In this document: positions 1 to 10,300 of the stretch, one piece after another
How positions within the stretch are numbered: the first letter of the stretch is position 1
How the letters are laid out: each line of letters begins with the position of its first letter
Origin: Octopus vulgaris
Lineage: Eukaryota
Reading direction: 5' to 3'
Length of the DNA: 64,000 nucleotides
NCBI GenBank assembly: GCA_951406725.2
Contig: OX597823.1
Coordinates: forward strand, 96,596,001-96,660,000
Made by a program: the position numbers and the translations under genes
Notes under the pieces: model-generated
The model's database searches: none
What the model was told of the DNA's origin: nothing
Seen by the model: only the letters and a program-made list of their open reading frames with translations

Positions 1-803
1 AGATAGATAGATAGATATCATCTATAGCAAGACCTCTCTTACACTCTAACCTTTCATTATCTGATACAAAATTCTCTACTTCAAAATTCCTTGTCTTGCA
101 AGTTACTCGCTGACCCTGCAAATGCGGGTGCCATATAAAAAGCACTAAGTCCATTATGCAGAGTGATTGGTGTTAGGAAGGGCATCCAGCCATAACAAAA
201 CCCTGCTAAAACAGACACAGTCACCTGGAGTAGTCTTCTACCTGGTCAGCTCCTGTCAAACCATCTAACCGATGCTAGCATGGAAGCTGGATGTTAAACA
301 ATGATGATTTCTGACTGGGTACAATACCAGGGGTACATTTAAAGAGAGGAGTACAATTCTATCACTCCCATATTACCCTGATCAGAAGCTCAAAAAGCAA
401 AGCATGAAAAATTCTGGTTTAGCAATAATTCCTTGTTTTAAGTCATCTGCTTTGCTTCATTGGCTAAAGAATATAAAATAGCACCTTTCTGATTTCAAAC
501 ATTAAAATTTCATATAAAATACTGACTGTAATAGGTTTTTGTTTTTGATTTTTAAAAATAGAGCCAAGAAAGACTGGAAAATTGTTACATTCTGCCTTTC
601 TACAATGACATTAGAAGTTTAATGTAGATTATATTATTATTATTATCATTGTTGATGAAAAAAAAAATAATACAGTCATGGATGTAAACTCAGCTTTAAA
701 AATGTTCGGTTTGAATAGAAAGAGAGAGAAAGAAAGTGTAGGGGTGAGGATGTAGGAGGAAGATAAGTAAAACAGATTTCAGTGTTTCAAGTTGTTCTCA
801 GCT

Positions 804-1237
804 TCAGTCTTTCTGTTGATTACATGTATCTGGAATGGCAGCTTCCATGGTGGACTTTAAAAGATGCTGCAAAAGCGAATGGGCTTGGAGGATTTCGGAA
901 TAATTTAATTGCCTGATTTCTCTGGAAGTGAATCTTTCTAACAAAAGCTTTAATGTTGGTAAGAGTTCTACATCTTTCTGTACAGAAATGTCTCTGAGCA
1001 GTTTAGACTGCTGTAATCTGTTATTTTTGTCTGACTGTAATGGCAGAAGGTGGCTGACATCGAAACCCTCCGTCCCTTGGCAATGTTCATCAGCAGTGAA
1101 ATCATCTCGGAGAAATTTCAAAGAGTTGGATGTTTTCTCCAGTTCTTGAACCGATAAAGAAAGTTTATGGACTTCTTGAAGCAGAGCACTGGAATGTTCC
1201 AAGACAGAGTTAACATCCTCCTCAACAGTACTGACAT
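804..1237 (-). CDS. RIF1: RIF1 terminal coding exon (in-window exon 33), CIII-like region and stop
   Basis: Acceptor ttcacag, phase 1. Encodes VSTVEEDVNSVLEH...LLERFTSREIRQLNYSEILQAHSLLQHLLKSTMEAA...QQKD, with TGA at 804-806. Confidence 0.85.
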
Positions 1238-4200
1238 CTGTGAAAATAAATCGTAAATGCATAACATGCAATTAGAGGTGGTTGGATAGAAAAACAACTA
1301 AAGATGGGAATCCCATTTCAACAATATTTATAATCAAATATTTTTTTTCATTTAATTTACACATTTACTTGTTTCAGTCATTTGACTGTGGCCATGCTGG
1401 AGCACCGCCTTTAGTCGACCAAATTGACCCCGGGACTTATTCTTTGTAAACCCAGTACTTATTCTATCAGTCTTTTTTTGCCGAACCGCTAAGTGACAGG
1501 GATGTAAACACACCAGCATCGGTTGTCAAGCAATGCTAGGGAGACAAACACAGACACACAAACATATATACGACAGGCTTCTTTCAGTTTCCGTTTACCA
1601 AATCCACTCACAAGGCATTGGTTGGCCCGAGGCTATAGCAGAAGACACTTGCCCAAGATGCCATGCAGTGGGACTGAACCCGGAACCATGTGGTTGGTAA
1701 GCAAGCTACTACCACACAGCCACTCCTGTGCCTTTAATGTTACATTTCCTCACTGAATAATTTAGTTTTAGTTCCCTTATTAAACATACCGGTTTGAAAT
1801 TGTGGTACAAGGCCAACAATTTTGAGATAGGGGCTAATTGATGACACTGAGCCCTATTACACAACTGGTATTCATTTTATCAATGCTGGAAGGATGACAG
1901 GTAATATCCTGAACTCAGAGTGTGAAGTTGGAAGGAATGCTGCTTAGCATTTGGTCCAGCTTAGTAACAATTCTGCCAGCTCGCTGCCTTATTAATCATA
2001 GAAACATCAACTTAACTATTGTTTTTTTCTTACAGATGGTATCTCTTGAGCTATTTGGCCCCTGAGAGCTATGCATAATGATTTCAACAGTAAGATAAAC
2101 ACAATAAGGAAAAATACTAAAATACTAGCGAACATTATTCCCTGGTCAAAGAAACAAAAGGGATGACTCCAAACAACGTTAACCAACCCGTTTCTCATAC
2201 GATGCGGGTTGATTACTGAAAAAGGAGCAAACAGTATTTTATCTACTCTTTAATAACAAGGGGAGGGGCTCTATAATATCATGCATGCTGTCTGAGTATC
2301 ATTGAACTAAACTTATAATAAACCAAAGCCATTGTGTTATTACATAACCATATTGGTCAATGGCCTTTTACAATTTTGTGCATTAACTTACTGCTCCTTC
2401 CATCAACACTTTGGCAAGAAATGATGAGATCATAAGACCAAAACATGATCAGATTTATCTCCCCATTGAACTTGGTGGAATCTACTATAATTTGATATGT
2501 AACCTGAAACCTCCCCTTTTACTATCCCTATTACCTAAGTCAGTCAAAATTAACACAGTCTCTTAGAATAATAAAAAAAAAAAAGTAGAGTTAGCCTGTT
2601 ACTTCAGCCATCAACTCTGAAGATATGAAATTAGAAAATGTAAGGAAGGAAGGATAAGAAAAAGAATTGTTCATTACCAGACAATTCTTATGAACAGGAA
2701 ACAAAGTGGTAACCAAAAAAGACAAAAAAAAAAACTCATTCTATCTTCATTATTTTTGATATCAACCTGTCTGAGACTGCTCCAAGTTCCATGATACAAT
2801 CATCCTGTCTTAAAGTGATCCAAATTAAAACCTTGCATCAAATTTACCGATTAATTTATGATCTAAACACTGGTTGAATCCTTACTGAGCTGGGCGAAAC
2901 GTTTAGCGATATTTCAACCATCTTTATGTTCTAAGTACAAACTCTGTTGCAGTCCACTTTCAACACCAATTTAATATGAAAGTTCTTATATTATGTTCCA
3001 TCTCACTGACTAATTAATTCTAGTTATTAAACTATATAGTACAGAACTGTACTGTCGAAAACAATATGTTTATACAGCCATGTGATCTAAAATCAAACAT
3101 TTGACTGAATGATAGAGGGGGGGGGAATATAATAATGGAAAATGGAAGTAGGAAGATGGTGTTTATTAGTGAGAAATGTAGTGTTTATCAACAACATCCT
3201 AACCCCGCTCAAAGCAAAAGAGACTGACTACTTGGGGGAAAAATATATGTATACAGTAGTACCTCAGTTTTCAAACTCTAATCACAAATAAATTGCACTT
3301 CATATATATATATACACATATATGCACATACATAGAGAGACAGAGAGAGAGATAAAATAAAGCACGATTTACTTGTGATCAGAGGCATTCATAAATCGAG
3401 GTACTACTGTATTAAATGAATATAAGACAAGAGACAAAATACGATTTACTCGTAATCAAAGTTGTTTGAAAACTGAGGTTCTACTCTGTGTGTGTGTATG
3501 CAAATATATATATATATACATGTATAGGTGGTGGTGATGGTATAGACAGAATAGCTATGGCTGAAATGCTTTTGATCCTAAGTCTCCACCCAGAGCTGGT
3601 CTGGGTCTAAATTATTATAACAAATTACCTTTCTCGTCTTCCTCTTCAAACAGATCTTCGTCTTGCTCATCTTCACTGTGATTCGTTTCCAAGGAAACTG
3701 GTTTTATTGGAGAGCAGGAAACTTCCACGGATGCACTGAGTGAAGCATTTTCTACATTTTCATCTGTACAAACTTTGGGAGATTTCACAGGTGTACTAGA
3801 AGCTTCCGGGTTGACTATAACGGGAACTGAAGTGCTTGTAAGAGCTGGAGAAACATCTTGCTGATCACAAGGCCTTCCCTGGGCAACTTCACAGCTTGGA
3901 GGTAGTGTTAATTGGGATTCGGAATCTGGAGTTGGTGCTCTTTGGTGGACGGTGGTAGTAGTAGTGGTGGTGATGGTGGCAGAAACTTCTTTCTCTTCTT
4001 TCTCATTCTGCAATACACTAGCTTCTTCAATGTCTAACTTTATTGAAGAATGTGGTGAGTCAAGTTCTGGCACTATTAAAAAATTAAAATATATATATAT
4101 AAAGGGAGAGTTTACGAAAAAAACAAAAGACGAAGACAAGTGGTGTACAAAACAAACAGATGTATTAGTATAACGCTCAGGAATAGAAAAGTCTTTTATG

Positions 4201-4278
4201 TTTCGAGCCTACGTTCTTCTACAGAAAGAGACACAGAAAAAACAAGGAGAGAAACATGCATGTATGCATGTATGTATG

Positions 4279-4322
<44 letters not shown>

Positions 4323-7300
4323 CACACACACACACACACATATATATATACAAATATATATATAAGCACACACACGAACACAAAATAAACCCTCAATTTG
4401 TGTATTATTTAGGTTCTTTGCTGGCAAGAATGCTAAGATCTCAATGAAATCAGGTCAGATTTCTAGTTGTCACTATTCCACTTAATTTTTTTTCAAAAAG
4501 GTGTGAACATCACAATTTTCGATTCCCAAATCCCTAAAAATTAATATAGTTAATTACTTATTGAGGGATATCTGTTTACAAAATTACTTTATCACACCTA
4601 TATCATGCTGGGCCCTCTCACCTTTCATTAACTACAAACATCAAATGATAATGCTGAAGGTCTGGTGACTGAACGTTTTTGGTTTTGTTTCCAGTCCTTT
4701 TTTATTTACAGCAATTTTTCAAGTTATTTTCAGTTTTTGTCGAAAGTGTCATCACATGAAGTAGAGAAAAAGTCATTTCATTTTTCTTTAATAATCCCTG
4801 TTCACAACCCAACTAACACGTGATATCAGTCCATCAAAGACAACCCTAGCTTCTATAGTACAAATTTCCTGTTTCAAGCGATGCAAATTTAAAACTAAAT
4901 CTGAAGATTAAAAAAAAAAAAAAAAAAAACCAACAACTTACTTTCTTGCAAGAAAGATTCTTTTTCTTCATTAATTTGTGCTGCTACAAAGGATGGGCCT
5001 CCAGTTTTCTCTCCAGCATCAGAGGATGGAGCAGAGGTCTTTACTTCTGTGCATTTCTCTTGTGGCTCAGCAGATTGAGCTTTGGTTTTATCTTGCAGCT
5101 CAGCAGATGGCTCTGTAGTTTTATCTTGTGCCTCAGCAGATTGAGCCTTGGTTTTATCTTGTGCCTCAGCAGATTGAGCCTTGGTTTTATCTTGTGCCTC
5201 AGCAGATTGAGCCTTGGTTTTATCTTGTGCCTCAGCAGATTGAGCCTTGGTTTTATCTTGTGCCTCAGCAGATTGAGTCTTGGTTTTATCTTGTGCCTCA
5301 GCAGATTGAGCCTTGGTTTTATCTTGTGCCTCAGTAGATTGAGCCTTGGTTTTATCTTGTGCCTCAGCAGATTGAGTCTTGGTTTTATCTTGTGCCTCAG
5401 CAGATTGAGCCTTGGTTTTATCTTGTGCCTCAGTAGATTGAGCTTTGATTTTCTCTTGTGGCTCAGCAGATTGAGCTTTCATTTTATCTTGCAGCTCAGC
5501 AGATGGCTCTGTGGTTTTATCTTGTGCCTCAGCAGATGGCTCTGTAGTTTTATCTTGTGCCTCAGCAGATTGAGCTTTGATTTTCTCTTGTGGCTCAGCA
5601 GATTGAGCTTTCGTTTTATCTTGCAGCTCAGCAGATGGCTCTGTGGTTTCATCTTGTGCCTCAGCAGATGGCTCTGTGGTTTTATCTTCTACCTCAGCAG
5701 ATTGAGCTTTGGTTTTCTCTTGTGGCTCAGTGGATGTGGCTGATTTAAAATAAAGAAAAAAAATTCAAGTGTTAGTGCAAACCAATATACCAAAGAATCA
5801 TTGATAGAACACCGAGACACAGACAAACACAAAACATTACTTACTTTCAAGCAAGGAAGATTCTCTATCTACAACGGTTTGTGCAGCTGGAGTAGCTATG
5901 GTCTTCTCTTCTGCTTCAGAGGAGACAACTAAAGAAAAACGAAATACAATACAGTGAGTGAGGGACACTTCAATGTGTTTACTATGAGACAATAGAAACT
6001 AAACATCACTAAAAGATATAGGCTTCACTAAATCAACACTATTATGTTAACCAATCTCTATATATATATAAAAAGCTGAAACTGTCTGTGTATGGCAGGT
6101 TTGGTAGCCTTCAACTAACACTATCTCCTCCAAGACCCTGCAGCGCAAGTTGACCAAAATTGAGAGTATGATAGAAGAAGGCTTGTTCTTCCTTCTGTAG
6201 AAGAAAAAATTCAAATCGGACCATGTTAACACCAAAAATTATTTACATCAAAAAACGCTTTTTTTCTATGAAAATCCCTATTTTTTGGTGTATTTCAACC
6301 AGAAAAATGTTCACTTGAAGAGAATAACAAGCAACATAATGCAAAATTTTTACTTTTCAAAAATTCCAATTCTAAAGGGTCGAAACAAACCCGAACAACG
6401 TCGGGCGATACTGCCAGTTGAATATACATCCAAGAACACACCAGGACTTCACTGTTACAGTGAAGTCTATTTACATTGTCTGCTGATGTTAGTAACAGTA
6501 GAAATATATTGTTGGTGTTATACTATCATTATTGTTGTTTTAATGTCCACTTTGCCATGTTTGTGTGGGTTAGATGGAATTCTTTGAAGCAGATTTTTCT
6601 AAGGCCAGATGTCCTTGACTCTAAGTTAGGTAATGTGTCACATCACAAAGCATGTAAAAATGGAAGATTAGAAATAAAGGAGACTGTTTGATGATGATGT
6701 TTGTGTGGAAACATATCTCATCAGCATCATAATTTAACATCTATTTGTTTTTCATGTGGAGGTTGATGCTCTTCCTGTCACCAACCCATTTTCCCAACTA
6801 AAGTATTATTCTCCCTCGGCCAGACCGTTTCACAGACGGCTGGAAACGACCACTGCTTTCAGTTTCTGTCCTCAGTTAACACATACAAGGCCCAGAGCTA
6901 CGGAAGACAATTGTCTAAGGTGCCATGCAATGGGACTGAACTAGGAAACAAGCTTCTTAACTGCATGGCCATGCCTGAGTATGTACAAAATATATTTACT
7001 TATAATGAATTGTCAAGGCAAAACTTGAAGACTGCTTGTGTATTGTAGACTGTCCCTTTTGAAATGTGCAAGGTAATCTCTCTATATTATATATATATGA
7101 TTCACAGCGATGTCTATAGCAAGCTAAGTTTCTCTCATCTTCTTCATACATACATACATTTGCCTTCTGTTTAAATGTTTGAACTTATACACCAACGAGC
7201 TTTGCCTTCCTTTTCTTTCTCTATGCTACCCTAAAACATCGCCATTTCTGCCATTCGTTCGTTCGTTTCTTTAAAGTACCTTCAATTCAATCTTCATCAT

Positions 7301-10300
7301 TCGCGGTGCCTTGAAACCCAAAATCGCCATCATTACCCCCCCCCAACCAAACTTCCTTCTTCCCCAAATCAGTCTTCCAGTCATTCTATTTATATGCACC
7401 TTCTCTTCCCACCCCTATCACTCTTCTCCGATTCACAGCGATGTCTATAGCAAGCTAAGTTTCTCTCATCTTCTTCATACATACATACATTTGCCTTCTG
7501 TTTAAATGTTTGAACTTATACACCAACGAGCTTTGCCTTCCTTTTCTTTCTCCATGCTACCCTAAAACATCGCCATTTCCGCCATTCGTTTCTTTAAAGT
7601 ACCTTCAATTCAATCTCCATCATTCGCGGTGCACCCGCCCTTTCCCACCCCCACCACCAATACCGGTGAACACTGTTCACACCATCTACACCGGATATGC
7701 CCTCCCCCACCACGTGTCTCTCCTTCCTACCCCTCCTCCTCACATGCTTTCACTGTGTATTACCCCCCCACCAAGACAAGCAGCTAGCGCCGCAGCTCAT
7801 CAACCGCCCCACCTATCTTACGTTTCCTCCTGTTTTTGAATCTGTCACTGCCTCAACCGGCTATCTCCTTCCAGTCCCCTCCCCCACTCGTGATGTCCTA
7901 TGTTTTATTCCTACGAACCTGCACCAACCCTAGCTGTCATCGTTCCTCCTTACCCCAACCCTCCCCACTGGTGCTTCCCTATATTACCTGCACCCCCAAA
8001 AAGCACCATCCGAACGTGGCCGATGCCAGCGCCGCCTTGGCTGGCACGTTAAAAGCACCAACCGATCGTGACCGATGCCGGACCCCCCCCTGGCACCTGT
8101 GCAGGTGGCACGTAAAAAGCACCCACTACACTCGCGGAGTGGTTGGCGTTATGAAGGGCATCCAGCCGTAGAAACTCTGCCAGATCAGACTGGAGCCAGG
8201 AGCAGCCCTTGGCTTCCCAGACCCCGGTCAAACCGTCCAACCCGTGCTAGCGCGGAAAACAGACGTTAAACGATGATGATGATCTTATTATAAAAGGCAG
8301 ATTTTATCTGCCTCCCTTTGTAACTTATAGAAATCTACAATATAGGATTTCTTCAATTACAATTTACCTAGCATTTTTAAGAGTAGAATGCATCGGGTCA
8401 TGCCAGGTCCAGTTTTTAAAATTTAAACTCCAATTAAGCAAAATTTACAGAAAACTCACATTCTGATGTGTATGTCAAATGCTTTTCTTAATGTGGTTTA
8501 CACCACACGCACAGTGTGCAACGAATAAAATGAAAGTAAATAGCAACAGAGTGATTTGAGGAAGACTAAACTGAAAGTATTTAAACCACTACTCAAAAAA
8601 TAAAAAAACACAGCAAACAGAAACAAATAAATACATAACGATTTACTCCTCACACAATTTCTTAGAGTTTACCTAAGATTTTTCAAAGTACTCCATCGGT
8701 CATGCCATAATATATTTCTTTCAATTTCACCCCCAATTAAGACAAAATTCGAGAAAACTCAATATTTTAACATTTCACTCCGAAAGCATTGATGTACATG
8801 TGTGCATGCGTGAGTGTGTGTGTGTGTGTGTTTTGATGGGTTGTGCGACACAGAAAGTGTGGTGTGTAAGTGAAGTGCTTTTGTTAGTGTGTGTAAAGAG
8901 ACAGACAGAATGAAAGACAGAAATAACTGAACTTTTTTTATTCACTTTTTGTAGTGAGTGACTGAGAGAGAAAAGAGAGAGAGAGGTTATGTATGTATGT
9001 ATGTATATATGTATGTATGGCTTCAGTGACACACACACAAAAACACATACCTACGTACACCTAAAGCACGCACACACACACACACACACAAGCGGAGCGC
9101 GAACTTCAAAATTTTGGTAGTATTAATTTGCGAGCGTACTTCTAAGCGCGCGTAATTGAAAGTTTTCACTATGATATCATCATGTGCGAAAAAATTCGAA
9201 GGGTTTTGAACAATTGAGATACAGATGTCACGCTTGTATTGAAACCATTGCTAAGCTGCCGTAATTGCTTAATTAAGACTTTGTTTAAATTGAAAGGGGC
9301 AAATATGTGACGAGGTTGAAAAAAATACCCCAGCAAAAAAAATGTACTGCTGGTATTTATATAATTCACTACTATTTTGCTACAATGTCATGAAAAAGAA
9401 AAAATTTAGGTATGTAAATCGAATTCGCCACCCCCTTTTCCCCGTTCGCGTTTGTAAAAAAAAATTATTATTTAAGTTTTAAAAATTATTTACTTTGTTC
9501 AAAAAATATTAATATTAATTAATTTTCAAGAATTATTTAATTTTATTCTGTAAAATAGTAATTAATTCATTTATCTGTAAATCCGCGAGGTTGTTACTCA
9601 GGCACCTAGAATGGTAACCTTCAACTAACACTATCTCCTCCGAGACCCTGCAGCGCAAGTTGACCAAAATTGAGAGTATGGTAGAAGAAGGGTTGCTCTT
9701 CCTTCCGTAGAACATAAAATTCAAATCGGACCATGTTAACACCAAAAATTATTTACATCAAAAAGATGCTTTTTTCTATGAAAATCCCTATTTTTTACGA
9801 TTTTTTCACTGCTGTGTCGCCACTTTTCGGTGTATTTCGACCAGAAAAATGTTCACAAAATTTTTACTTTTCAAAATTACAATTCCAGCGGGTCGAAACA
9901 AACCCGAGCAACGCCGGGCGATACTGCTAGTATATATATAAAAACAGCAAAATGTCTGTGTGTGTGTGTGCGCGCGCGCATGTCCTTTATATAAATCCAC
10001 AATTTTTCAGTTAGAGGGCTCACACTTTCTATGGTCATTCAAAACCGTCCAAAGGTGGTCATCCACATCTTTACATTTCGCAAAGCCATTAAAAAAAAAA
10101 AAATCGATAGAGTGGCTTTTTTGCGAATTTTCTATCCAAAACCCAATCAAAATGCCCGAAACTTGATACGCCAATTTGGACAGTACTCGCGTGTATGTGT
10201 GCATGCACGCGGCTGTATATGCATGCACTAGCACTATGACCCAGCATTGCCGGGTCATAGTGCTAGTAAAAGGTACTTGACATTGTCTCCTGCAGTAATT

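Noticed and set aside
5042-5734. CRISPR-like regular repeats
   Set aside because: The units are contiguous with no unique spacers, lie in a spliced eukaryotic exon, and have no cas genes nearby.
4946-5743. 265-aa plus-strand ORF (LSRLSLGFILC repeats)
   Set aside because: It is the antisense shadow of the 33-bp coding repeat, whose unit has no stop in that frame. There is no independent gene evidence.
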